NCBI GenBank assembly: GCA_041690395.1
Contig: JAWLHJ010000001.1
Span: 352,001 to 416,000, forward strand
Source: Longimicrobiales bacterium
GTDB taxonomy: Bacteria; Gemmatimonadota; Gemmatimonadetes; Longimicrobiales; Gaopeijiaceae
Length of the DNA stretch: 64,000 nt
Reading direction: 5' to 3'
The notes below the pieces were generated by a model that saw only the letters and a list, made by a program, of their open reading frames with translations, was not told where the DNA came from and searched no databases. A program made the translations under genes and the position numbers. Shown piece by piece: positions 20,807-30,138 of this stretch (positions are counted from its first letter, which is position 1; the number at the start of each line of letters is the position of its first letter).

Positions 20807-22042
20807 CTACTGCAGTGGCGTCCCCTCCCGCCCCGGCGTCCCGTCCTGTCCCGGCGCCTCCGGCGTCCGTTCCACCAGAAGCCCCCGATCCAGAGCCAGC
20901 CCGAACCACACCCAGTTGTGGTCGTAGTAGCGGTCCGGGGCGGCGAGCAGGAGCGAGAGGGAGGCCGCGTCGAGCCGTGGCTCGAGCACTTCGGTCGCGA
21001 GGTCCGGCGCGTACCGACGCGCGGCCGGCAGGAGGGCGGCGTAGAACGTGGTCGATTGATCGCCCGTCTGGCGGGTGCCGTCCATGTCGTAGCTCGACGC
21101 GATTCCCGACTGGTCCGCGAGCAGCTCGAGGGTGGACCTCACGCCCAGTGGATCCGCGCACGCCCGTGCCCGACCATGCAGCCCGCAGTCCGCTTCAACC
21201 CGCCAATACAGCCGAACCGCATCGAAGGAGAATACTGTTTCTAATTCTGTGTCCGGGGACAGCGGCTCGGGCGCGCCATCGAGTGCGAGGTGGAAGAATG
21301 CCGGGGGAAGGGCATGCTCTGGGGCGGCGAGCCAGCGTTCCAAGATGTCGTAGCCTATGTCGGTGACCCGGTCCCAGCCCCCGGCCGGGTCCACGGACGC
21401 GAACCAGGGATGCGCGTACGGGACGAAGTAGGAGAGGTTGGCGACACGCTCGTCCACGGCCCAGTCGCCGGCGGCGGGGAACCAGGTGGGGGCGCCGTCT
21501 CCGGAATCGAGGGGTGGGGCCGGAGTCGGGGGTCGGGCCGGGGGCCGGGTCGGGGCCCGGGGCGGCGCGAGGGCCAGCCCAGCGTGCGTCCGCACGGCCC
21601 GGACGATCTCCGCGCCCCGGTCGCGCAGCGCATCATCCCCGAACACCTCGGCGGCCATGAGCAGCGCCCAGGCGATCTCCATGTCACCGTCGGTCGCGGT
21701 GTTCGGGTCGACGACACGGCCCCCGTCCTCCGGGGTCCAGAGCCAGGAATGAAGCCCGTCGGGGCGCTGGAGGTGGGCCTCGGTCCACGACGCGATCCGC
21801 CGGAACGCGGCTTCGTCCCGCTCCCAGACCGCACGGAGGAGCGCGTAGCCCTGTCCCTCGGAAGTCACGCGGCCGCCGTCCCGTCGAGGGTCGAGCACGT
21901 ATCCGTCGGGATGCACGTATTGGCGGAGGTAAACCGTCCAGGCGTCCTCCAGAAACGCGTCCGCGGCGTCGCGCCGGTCGGAACAGGAGGCCGTCACCAG
22001 CACGAGCGACAGGGCGAGGCCGGTGGCGAGCCTGCGCCGCAT
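20807..22042 (-). CDS. Glycoside hydrolase family 8 endoglucanase lipoprotein (BcsZ-like)
   Basis: Lipobox TASC; VTSEGQGYALL, NTATDGD, NLSYF, FDAVR, RYYD; Pro-rich insertion. Confidence 0.88.
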   Translation of the reverse strand: MRRRLATGLALSLVLVTASCSDRRDAADAFLEDAWTVYLRQYVHPDGYVLDPRRDGGRVTSEGQGYALLRAVWERDEAAFRRIASWTEAHLQRPDGLHSWLWTPEDGGRVVDPNTATDGDMEIAWALLMAAEVFGDDALRDRGAEIVRAVRTHAGLALAPPRAPTRPPARPPTPAPPLDSGDGAPTWFPAAGDWAVDERVANLSYFVPYAHPWFASVDPAGGWDRVTDIGYDILERWLAAPEHALPPAFFHLALDGAPEPLSPDTELETVFSFDAVRLYWRVEADCGLHGRARACADPLGVRSTLELLADQSGIASSYDMDGTRQTGDQSTTFYAALLPAARRYAPDLATEVLEPRLDAASLSLLLAAPDRYYDHNWVWFGLALDRGLLVERTPEAPGQDGTPGREGTPLQ

Positions 22043-22046
22043 AGGA

Positions 22047-25000
22047 TCAGCGGGGGGCGCGGCCGAGCGGCAGCGACAGCTCGGTCCCGATCCGGAAGAG
22101 ATCGTAGACGCGGCCCTGCTTCAGATAGCGCCCCTCCAACCGCAGGTCGCCGAGCGCGGTGCCGAGCGTGAGTCCGAGGCGCCCTTCGATCCCGAGCCCG
22201 CTGTCTCCGGGGAGCCGGTAGCCGTGCGGGTTCGCCCGACCGTCGAGCGTCACCGACCCGAAGGTCCGGCTCGCCTCGGCGGCTAGGCCGAGCGCGACGA
22301 AGCTCGAGGGGCTCGCATAGCTCGGGCGCGCGGTCCGGTACCCTTCCGCGTAGACGTTGGGTGTGAGGGCGAAGGACGCATCCGCTCTCTCGTGGAGCGG
22401 CAGGCGCCATTGCGCGTATCCGAACGCCCGATCGTTCCCGTCGGAGTAGCGCGCCAGACCGATCTCGGCATGGACGCTCCGGTCGACGGGGCTCCGGGGC
22501 GTGCTCGACGCGGCCGCGCGGACCTCACTCACCATGAGGTCCGGATCGAGCGCGCCGAGGTTCGAGACGCGGGCGTACTCCGGCGCGCCGCGGCGCTCGG
22601 CCTCGGACCAGACCGGTACGCGGGACACGTCGAGCGACCACCGGACCGCGCCGAGCGTCTCCCAGGTGGCGCCGAGCCCACCCAGCACGCGGGTGCCTCC
22701 GCCCTCGGCCGCTTCGAGCCCGAGGCGCCCGTCGAGCCACAGCGCCGGGGAAACGAACAACGAGTCCGCGCCCAACACGAAGGCCGTGCCGTCCCCGGTG
22801 GCGCCGAGCTGCGAGGCGCTCCGGTGGCGCACCTCGGCCGAGATGGCCGGCGCGCCGAACGACGCGGGCCGGAGCGCGGCCCCGGCCCAGACGGTGGTCA
22901 CGTCCAGATCGCGCGCGTCGCTCCCGCCCGTGATGCCGACCTCTGCCCGCGGCCGGGCACCGTGCTCGAGGGCACGGTCGACGTGCTGCACGTCGGTGTC
23001 GGCCGCCCCGGCCCTGTGGGCGTCCGCGACGGCTTCCCGCGCCCGGGCGGCATCACCGCGGGCTTCGAGGACCTCGGCGCGGAAGATGCGAGCCTCGATC
23101 GCCAGTCGGGGGTCTTCGCCGGAAAGGGCCTGCTCGCCGGCCGCCGTCTGTTCGTTGAGCCTACGGGGCGAGGCGAGCCGCCCGTCCAGCGCCCGAAGCG
23201 CGGCCAGGGTCCGGCCCCGTAGCCGGTGGATCCAGGCCTCCACGAGCGCGCCCTCGAGGGACGAGGCGTCGGCGTGGGCCTCCCTCTCCAGCGCCTCGAT
23301 CGCGGCCTCCGCCTCCGCGTGGCGGTCCAGGAGCGCCAGAAGGTGCGCGTACCGAGCCCGTGCGAGGGGCTCGTCGGGGTCGGCGGCGGCCCGACGCGCC
23401 CAGGGCTCAGCCTGCGCGTGCTTTCCGGCGGCCATCCAGGCGCTCGCGACCTCTGCGGCGAGCCCGGGATCGGCCTCGGTCGCAGAACCCACCGCGCGCT
23501 CGTACTGCACCGCGGCTTCCCCGAACGCACCGGTCCCGGCGAGCGCCCGCGCCAGCGCGAGGCGGGCCTCGTCATCTCCGGGCGCGGCGGTCAGGTACGC
23601 CTGGTACGCCTCGACCGCGTCTGCCGCCCGGTCCTGCTGCAGGAGCGCGAGGGCGACCCCCGGTCCGGCGGGGTCCGCGGGGCCGCCAAGTCGGACGGCC
23701 TCCCGGTACGCCGACTCCGCGCCCTGGGCGTCGCCCAGGGCCATGCGCAGGTCCCCGATCGAACGGTGAACGGCCGGATCCTCCGGCGTCAGATCACGCA
23801 CGCCTTCGTAGCCCGCCAGCGCGCCCTCCAACCCCCCGGAACGCCAGAGCAGGCCGGCCCACCAGCGCCGTTCCTCCACGTCGAGCGGCCGGAGGCGGGA
23901 CAGGGCGCCGAGCGCCTCGGCCGCCTCGGACGGGCGGCCCGTGGCGTCCGCGACGCGCGCGGTGAGCAGCAGCTCCGAGGCCTCGGACGGTGTGGGATCG
24001 CCGCCCGTCCGGGCCGCGGCCAGCGTTCGGTAAGCACCTTCGGCGTCTCCGGCCTCGAAGCGCGCCCGGGCCAGGAGCCCGGCCGGTCCGCCGGTCGGTC
24101 CGGCCGCCGGCCCGTCGGCACGCCCGCCAGCCACCCCACCTACGCGCCCTCCAGCTGCCCCCTCGGCCGGATCGAGCAGCCGAACCGCATCGTCGGGCCG
24201 TCCCGCCCACAGGCTCAGCCGCGCCGCGTGGACCGCCCGCGGTCCACCCTCGGTGGCTACCTCGTCGATCGCGTCTCCGCCGAGCAGCGCGCCCAGCGCT
24301 TCCTCGAACCGCTCTCCGGCCTCGAGGAGCGCGACGACCTCGGCACGTGCCCCCTCATCCGACGGGTCGGCGGCCAGCCGCGCCCGCCAGAACGCCAGCG
24401 CTCCCGCGGGATCCGCGGGCGGAGTGTCCCGGAGGCGCGCGGCCTCGGCCTCCGCTTCCGCCCGGGCGGCGGCCTCGCGGGCGGCGCGGATCCGGCGTGT
24501 TTCCGCGTCCGCGACGAGCACCGACAGCTCCTCGACCGCGCCGCTCCCGGCCGGCAGGGCCTGGAGCTGGGCGCGGGCAGCCTCGAGCTCGTCCGCCCAG
24601 AGCGCCGTCCGGACCGCGAGCTCGCGGGTGTCCGCCGACACCGGCGCCCGTTCGAGCACCTCCAGCGCCTCGTCGTGCGCCCCGCGCTCGTTCAGCATCC
24701 AGGCGTAGGCGAGCGCGCCTTCCGCGTCGAGGGCACGGTCACGGTGGAGCGCGTCGTACGAGTCGAGTGCCTCCTGCTCGCGCCCCGCGGCCTGGGCGAG
24801 CCGGGCGCGTGTCCGACGGGTGTCCAGGTCCGGATCCGCATCGGGGCCGGAGCCGTGCGTCGCCTCGAGGAGGTCGAGCGCGAGAGCTGGCCGGCCGGCC
24901 TCCTCGGCGAGGGCGATCGCGCGTGCCCGTTGCGCGGGGTCGGCGTCGGCCATGCGCATGCTCGAGAGCGCGCGGGCCGCCGCGTCCGCGTCATCCAACG

Positions 25001-25412
25001 CCAGGCGCACTTCGGCGAGCCCGAGCGCCGCCTCCGGCCGCCCGGCATCGACTTCCAAGGCCTGCTCGAAACGCCCGGCGGCCTCGGGCCACTGCTCGAG
25101 CTCCCGGTGCACGTGGCCCGCGAATGTCAGGATGGACGGGTCGGCGGGTGCGCCGTCCAGGGCGCGGCCCACGTTGACGAGCGCCGCCTGCCACTCCTGA
25201 ACCTCGGCGTGGGCCATGGCCCGCTCCATCCAGTAACCCACGTCGCGCCAGAACGGACCATAGGCCGCCACCAGCGCGGCGAACGCGCCTACGGCCCAGA
25301 CCGCCACCACAACCGCGCGGAGCGGATGTCCCCGTCGCCGGCTCCGGCGCTCGTGCTCAGGTCGTGGCTTCACGGGTCTCCAGCTTGTCGAGACCGGCCA
25401 CGGCGATCGCAT
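22047..25412 (-). CDS. Large TPR-repeat protein with C-terminal beta-barrel-like domain (BcsC/PgaA-type exporter)
   Basis: N-terminal hydrophobic segment, many Ala-rich TPR-like repeats, C-terminal amphipathic strands (YSDGNDR, YASPSSF); start may be GTG 25373. Confidence 0.72.
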   Translation of the reverse strand: MRSPWPVSTSWRPVKPRPEHERRSRRRGHPLRAVVVAVWAVGAFAALVAAYGPFWRDVGYWMERAMAHAEVQEWQAALVNVGRALDGAPADPSILTFAGHVHRELEQWPEAAGRFEQALEVDAGRPEAALGLAEVRLALDDADAAARALSSMRMADADPAQRARAIALAEEAGRPALALDLLEATHGSGPDADPDLDTRRTRARLAQAAGREQEALDSYDALHRDRALDAEGALAYAWMLNERGAHDEALEVLERAPVSADTRELAVRTALWADELEAARAQLQALPAGSGAVEELSVLVADAETRRIRAAREAAARAEAEAEAARLRDTPPADPAGALAFWRARLAADPSDEGARAEVVALLEAGERFEEALGALLGGDAIDEVATEGGPRAVHAARLSLWAGRPDDAVRLLDPAEGAAGGRVGGVAGGRADGPAAGPTGGPAGLLARARFEAGDAEGAYRTLAAARTGGDPTPSEASELLLTARVADATGRPSEAAEALGALSRLRPLDVEERRWWAGLLWRSGGLEGALAGYEGVRDLTPEDPAVHRSIGDLRMALGDAQGAESAYREAVRLGGPADPAGPGVALALLQQDRAADAVEAYQAYLTAAPGDDEARLALARALAGTGAFGEAAVQYERAVGSATEADPGLAAEVASAWMAAGKHAQAEPWARRAAADPDEPLARARYAHLLALLDRHAEAEAAIEALEREAHADASSLEGALVEAWIHRLRGRTLAALRALDGRLASPRRLNEQTAAGEQALSGEDPRLAIEARIFRAEVLEARGDAARAREAVADAHRAGAADTDVQHVDRALEHGARPRAEVGITGGSDARDLDVTTVWAGAALRPASFGAPAISAEVRHRSASQLGATGDGTAFVLGADSLFVSPALWLDGRLGLEAAEGGGTRVLGGLGATWETLGAVRWSLDVSRVPVWSEAERRGAPEYARVSNLGALDPDLMVSEVRAAASSTPRSPVDRSVHAEIGLARYSDGNDRAFGYAQWRLPLHERADASFALTPNVYAEGYRTARPSYASPSSFVALGLAAEASRTFGSVTLDGRANPHGYRLPGDSGLGIEGRLGLTLGTALGDLRLEGRYLKQGRVYDLFRIGTELSLPLGRAPR

Positions 25413-26850
25413 GGCTCCGGTGCGTGAGCCCCGCCACGATGACGGGCCACAGCGTCCACAGCACGAAGCTCGACACCGCGACGTTCAGCGCGATGGTCCA
25501 CGGCCCGGCGGTCCCGTACCACGCCGCCCAGAACGGAAGCACGGCGTTGGCGATGAACAGCGCGATCTGTGGGCCCAGCACCCACCACGTGCGCGCGGCG
25601 CCGGGCTCGGCCGTCTCCCGGTCACCCGCATTGTTGAGCTTGTACGCCAACGGGCGTCCCTTGGGATGCAGGAGCGCACGGACGGCCCCGGCGATGTAGA
25701 CGGGGAAGAGCCCCACCAGGAACTGGAACTGCTTGCCCACGCTCCGGCCCCGGAACATGTAGCGCACGGCGAGGACGAAGAGCACGAAGTAGGCGATGCG
25801 CGCCGTCACCACGAGCCCCTCGTTGCTGGTCATGAGGTCCTGGCCCGTGATGTACGCGTACAGCGGCAACACGAAGAAGATCGGCACCAGGAATCCGGAC
25901 CAGAGGTAGGTCACGGAGATCATCAGGTGCCGGAACCGCGCCCGCCACGAAAGGCCCTTCTTGAGCAGGGGGTTATCCCAGAAAAAGAGGCGGAGGGTGT
26001 CGGTGGCCCACTGCCCCCGCTGCCGGTACACCTCGTGGATGTTGGCCGGCGCCAGCCCCTTCGTGATGGGATAGGGGTAGTAGAGGGTCTTCCATCCCTT
26101 GGCATGGAGCTCGTACGACGTCGTGAGATCCTCGACCAGGTTCCAGGTGGCGAACCCGCCCACGTCGTCGAGCGCCCGTCGACGGTAGAGCACCCCGGAG
26201 CCGCACGAGATGACCGTGTCCGAGTCGTCGAAGGCGAGCTGGATGCCGTCGTAGAACACCGGATCCTGGGCGTTGAACGGATCGTCCTCCTGCACGACGA
26301 ACCGCTGCTTCGACTGCACGAACGCCACCTCCGGGAAGCGCATGTAGCCCAGGAGCGGCTCGAGACCCGCAGGGTCGATCTCGTGATCGGCGTCGAGCGT
26401 GAACACCAGCTCGCCCGAGCTCCGGGCGAGGCCGTAGTTCAGGTTGCCGGCCTTCCGGTGCGTGCGCTCGAGTCCCTCGGCCGTGCGGGACCTGTACTCG
26501 AACCCCAGCTGCGCGGCGCGTGCGCGGACCCGCTCGTCGTTTCCGTCGTCGAGGACGTAGACCGTCAGGCGTCCCGGATAGCGCAGGCGGGCCACGCTGG
26601 ATAGCGAGCGGTCCACCACCGGCAGCGGCTCGCCGCACACCGTGATGAACAGGTCCACCGACGGATGCGCCTGTGACCGGAGCCCCTCGGGCGGCTTGAA
26701 GCGCAGGCGCCACACGCTCGACGTGGCCACGACCAGAAGGAGGAGACACGCCAACTCCGCCGCGAAGAACGCCCACGCCGCCACGGGCGTTTCGGGGTTC
26801 AGGTTGAACGGCAGGAGGCCGACGTAGAGGGTGCCGAAGGCGATGGCCAA
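25357..26850 (-). CDS. Processive GT2 beta-glycan synthase (cellulose synthase-like, no PilZ)
   Basis: VYVLDDG, RKAGNLN, LDAD, CGSG, LVED, QRGQW; TM helices both sides; start uncertain. Confidence 0.88.
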   Translation of the reverse strand: MAIAFGTLYVGLLPFNLNPETPVAAWAFFAAELACLLLLVVATSSVWRLRFKPPEGLRSQAHPSVDLFITVCGEPLPVVDRSLSSVARLRYPGRLTVYVLDDGNDERVRARAAQLGFEYRSRTAEGLERTHRKAGNLNYGLARSSGELVFTLDADHEIDPAGLEPLLGYMRFPEVAFVQSKQRFVVQEDDPFNAQDPVFYDGIQLAFDDSDTVISCGSGVLYRRRALDDVGGFATWNLVEDLTTSYELHAKGWKTLYYPYPITKGLAPANIHEVYRQRGQWATDTLRLFFWDNPLLKKGLSWRARFRHLMISVTYLWSGFLVPIFFVLPLYAYITGQDLMTSNEGLVVTARIAYFVLFVLAVRYMFRGRSVGKQFQFLVGLFPVYIAGAVRALLHPKGRPLAYKLNNAGDRETAEPGAARTWWVLGPQIALFIANAVLPFWAAWYGTAGPWTIALNVAVSSFVLWTLWPVIVAGLTHRSHAIAVAGLDKLETREATT

Positions 26851-27216
26851 CAGGCCGAAGACGCGAGCACGGGTGCGGCGCGGACGATCCTCGAACTCAC
26901 CGTATCGACGATACGTGGCGGGACCTTCCGCTCCGTTCCGACGCTGCCGCCGAAGGGGGGGTACGGTAGCGATGGTGGGGGGCTGTCAGAGGTGGGGGGT
27001 GCGGACGACACCCGAAAGCTAGAGGCTCACCTCTGCGGTGCAAAGTCGGTACCGGGGCCCGTGGCGAGGTCTGGCCACGGACTGGCGCCGACTGCCGCCC
27101 GGGGAGCCCCGGGACCCGTTGCGCGGAGACCACGGACCGATGCGCGACGCAGGCAGAAGAGGCGGTGGAAGGCCGGGCCGGGAGCGTTGCACATGCCGGG
27201 GGGCGAGGGAGCTGCC

Positions 27217-27235
27217 GGGGGGGGGGGGGGGGGGG
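27217..27235 (+). repeat. G19 homopolymer in G-rich tract
   Basis: 19 consecutive G, followed by GGGGGCGCTG-like repeats up to about 27296. Confidence 0.85.
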
Positions 27236-27301
27236 CCGCGCGTCAGGGATGCGCGCTGGGGGGGAGCGCTGGGGGGCGCTGGGCGGGGGGCGCTGTCCGC
27301 C

Positions 27302-27477
27302 GGGGAGAACTGCACAATCGTGCAGGCCCTCTCGGCCTCTGTGTCGATTTGCCCCGCTGGCCGATGCAAACCGCACAGTCTCGGCCGCGCCCAACGATGA
27401 CTGTGGAGTTTTCCCCGCATAGCGGGGAAAAACCTCTATGTGGCGCCGCAGGGTTACACGATTGTGCAGTTTGCCCT
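27302..27477. repeat. MITE-like repeat family B, copy 2 (inverted relative to copy 1)
   Basis: Reverse complement aligns end to end with 20464-20639, including TTTTCCCCGCTATGCGGGGAAAA and GCGGGGCAAATCGACACAGAGG; same length. Confidence 0.88.
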
Positions 27478-27550
27478 GGGGTCCGGTGGTCTGATGTCCG
27501 GTGGCCCGGTGCCACGGCCGGGCCCCGGCGGGCCCGGGGCCAGACTCTGC

Positions 27551-28402
27551 TCAGTCCAGCCTGAGCACCCGCTGGACGAACTCCACGAACCGCTTGACCA
27601 CCCAGTCCGCCCTCACGGTAGCGAGCCGGGTGCGGGACAGCAGGGTGAACGGCGCGTCGGGCGCGCCGAGCGTGTAGCCCGCGACGACCTGAACCTCGCC
27701 GTCGAGGTCGGTGGACAGCCGGAGGTCGAACCGGGCGGGCTCGCGGGCCGTCGCCCCGAACGCCGCGAGCGGCCCCTGGTCCGGGCGGAACAGGACCGTC
27801 ACGACGGGCTCCTCCCGGTCGAGGTCGTCGGCCAGGGAGGCGAGATGGCCTCGGGCCGAGAGGCGCTCGACCGCGGCGGTGAGCTCGGGCAGGGCGACGG
27901 CCCGGAAGGCGGCGAGATCGGCCGCGGACACGAGCGGTGGTGAGGCCGGTCCGCTGTTCTCGGGCCCATCGGCCGGTGCCCCGCCGACCACCGACCCCGA
28001 CTCACCCTCGGAGCCGCGCGGGCCGAACAGCACGGCGTCCAGGGCGTCCTCGAAATCCTCACCCGTGGGGAGCCGCCGGACGGGGGCTTCCCCCCGCGAG
28101 GGGGCATCCGGGCGCGGATGAGCGCTCGGGTGTTGGGAGCTTGTGCGCTCCGCGTCCGCCAGTCGTGGCGTGGGCGGCATCGGTCGCCCCGCGGGCGCGG
28201 ACCACCGTCGGGCCGCGCCCGGCTCCCGCGACGGCTCGGGCGAACCGGCCGCTGATTCGTCGGCCGTCGAGCTCTCGCCCGCCCCCACCCGCTCCACGCC
28301 CGCGGAGCCCTCGCCCACCGGCCCCCCGGCCGGCTCCGGGGCCGGCTCCCCGGCCGCCTCCAGCGGCTCGAACGGGTCGAAGACGTCGAACGCGTCGGAC
28401 AT
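27551..28402 (-). CDS. Hypothetical protein (disordered N-terminus + domain resembling neighbour 28408-28881)
   Basis: ATG 28402 (MSDAFDVFDP) just after neighbour's stop; C-terminal ~125 aa globular. Confidence 0.65.
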   Translation of the reverse strand: MSDAFDVFDPFEPLEAAGEPAPEPAGGPVGEGSAGVERVGAGESSTADESAAGSPEPSREPGAARRWSAPAGRPMPPTPRLADAERTSSQHPSAHPRPDAPSRGEAPVRRLPTGEDFEDALDAVLFGPRGSEGESGSVVGGAPADGPENSGPASPPLVSAADLAAFRAVALPELTAAVERLSARGHLASLADDLDREEPVVTVLFRPDQGPLAAFGATAREPARFDLRLSTDLDGEVQVVAGYTLGAPDAPFTLLSRTRLATVRADWVVKRFVEFVQRVLRLD

Positions 28403-28407
28403 GGTCG

Positions 28408-28881
28408 TCAGGTCAGGTCCAGCACGTCGCGGACGAACGTGAGGAGCTGCTCCCGCACCCAGATATCGTCCATCTCCTCGGCCTCGATGACCGCCTGCTT
28501 GCGCGTCGTCGACGGCCCCTCCGCGCTCCACCGCTTGGCGATCACCTCGTCGGACTCGGGGTCGCCCCAGGTGAGCTCGAGCGTGGTGCGCCCGGGCTTC
28601 TCGTCGTCGAGGGGGCTCGCCTTCGGATAGAGATGGATGCGCACGTTCGGCGGATAGCTGTCGAGCAGCTCCTGATAGACCACGCCGTGCCCGGCATGCT
28701 GCAGCCGTTCCGCGACGTCGCGCGTATGCTGGAGCGCCCAGCGCCGCAGATACTCCGCGCCGCGCTTGCGGTCCTCCTCGAGGACGAGCGCCTTCTGCAC
28801 CAGACGGCGCGTCTCGTCCTGTTTCCGCTGCTCGTACTCGCCGAGCAGCGTTTCGAGATGATCTCCGGGGGCGTCGAGCAT
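28408..28881 (-). CDS. Hypothetical protein
   Basis: Typical codon usage; ATG 28881 (MLDAPGDH); N-terminal coiled-coil-like segment. Confidence 0.72.
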   Translation of the reverse strand: MLDAPGDHLETLLGEYEQRKQDETRRLVQKALVLEEDRKRGAEYLRRWALQHTRDVAERLQHAGHGVVYQELLDSYPPNVRIHLYPKASPLDDEKPGRTTLELTWGDPESDEVIAKRWSAEGPSTTRKQAVIEAEEMDDIWVREQLLTFVRDVLDLT

Positions 28882-28983
28882 GAAGGCGGGGGGGTGTGGG
28901 TATCGGGTGGAGAAACGACGGGGTCGGCAGTGCCGACCCCCCATCCTTCAAAGATGTGGCCGTCAGCGCGGGAATGCCAACGT

Positions 28984-30138
28984 TTAGAACGGAGGCGCCA
29001 CGACCTGGACGAACCACCCCGCGAAGTTGTTCTCCACGTCGGGGTCCTGGAACGTCTGCGGGAGGAGGAGCTCGCCCTGGACCGAGACGCCGCGGCCCGT
29101 GAGCTGTGCCGCGGGATCGATCCAGAGATCCAGGGTCAGCGTGTGGGCCTCGCCGGCGGTGAGCGCGCCGATCGCCCAGGTGAATGCGTCGGCCTGAGGG
29201 TCGACCGTGCCGGCCGACGTCTCCCACACGGTGGGCACGAACCCGGGCGGGAGCGTCAACGACACGCTCGCGCCGTCCACGCTCGCCCCGCTGTCGTTCA
29301 GCGCGACCAACGACAGCGTGAGGGTATCGCCCTCCGCGACGGTGAGGGTCGAGCCGTACATATACAGGGCCGGATCCGCCGGAGCGGGCAGCACGCCGAT
29401 GGACAGCGTGTCGGCGTGAGCCCCCGCCGCGGCCGCGACCCGGACGGTTCCTTCCGCGACCCCCGTCAGAACCGCTCCGGCTCCCGCGTCGGTGCTGGCG
29501 CCCGGGTCGGCGCTCGCGCCCGCTCCTGCGACCGTGCCCACCGCCGGATCGAGCGACACCCAGAACACCGACGGCGCCTCCTGGGCGCTCGTGGTCGCCG
29601 TCGCGTAGAGCGGCACCGGCACCCCCACCACGGCGACTTCGGGCGGCGCCACGATCGTGACGCCGGTCGCGAATAGGTTGGAGAGCGGCCCGCGCACGAG
29701 GGTCACGTCCGCGGGCTCGACCGACGTGCCCTGCTCCAGGAGCACCGGCTCGGTCGTCCCCGAGAACTCGACCAGCTCCGTCGCGCCCGAGACGTGGATC
29801 AGGCTCAGCTGCACGACCACGCGCGCGCTCGCTCGCGGCTCGAGCGGCACCCGGACATCGATCTCCCAGGAGCGGGCGGCCGGATCGACGTCGAAGCGCT
29901 CCTCCGCCAGGATCTCGCCCGCCGTGGCCACGCCATCGACGTCGACCGAGTGGGCGCGCACCACCGCCCGGATCCGGTTGATGGGGAGCGCCGTGCCGTC
30001 GGCCGGCCCCTCGATGAGGGCGAGCTGTACGGGGAGGTCCGCGGCGGCTCCGCTCGCGTCGGGGCCGGTGGCCGGCTCGCCCACGCACGCGAAGAGGGCG
30101 AGGAGGAGCGCGGCCGGGAGGAGCCGGGGGGTGGTCAC
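28984..30138 (-). CDS. Surface lipoprotein with Ig-like and DUF11-like domains
   Basis: LFAC lipobox; WVSLDPAVGTV..LTGVAEGTVRV (Big_2-like); GDTLTLSLVALNDSG..LPPGF..WAIGAL..DPDVENN (DUF11-like). Confidence 0.72.
   Translation of the reverse strand: MTTPRLLPAALLLALFACVGEPATGPDASGAAADLPVQLALIEGPADGTALPINRIRAVVRAHSVDVDGVATAGEILAEERFDVDPAARSWEIDVRVPLEPRASARVVVQLSLIHVSGATELVEFSGTTEPVLLEQGTSVEPADVTLVRGPLSNLFATGVTIVAPPEVAVVGVPVPLYATATTSAQEAPSVFWVSLDPAVGTVAGAGASADPGASTDAGAGAVLTGVAEGTVRVAAAAGAHADTLSIGVLPAPADPALYMYGSTLTVAEGDTLTLSLVALNDSGASVDGASVSLTLPPGFVPTVWETSAGTVDPQADAFTWAIGALTAGEAHTLTLDLWIDPAAQLTGRGVSVQGELLLPQTFQDPDVENNFAGWFVQVVAPPF

Noticed and set aside
21505..21570. G-rich repeats in GH8 gene and 12-bp-like repeats near 24080-24160
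   Set aside because: In-frame low-complexity Pro/Gly linkers, no separate element supported
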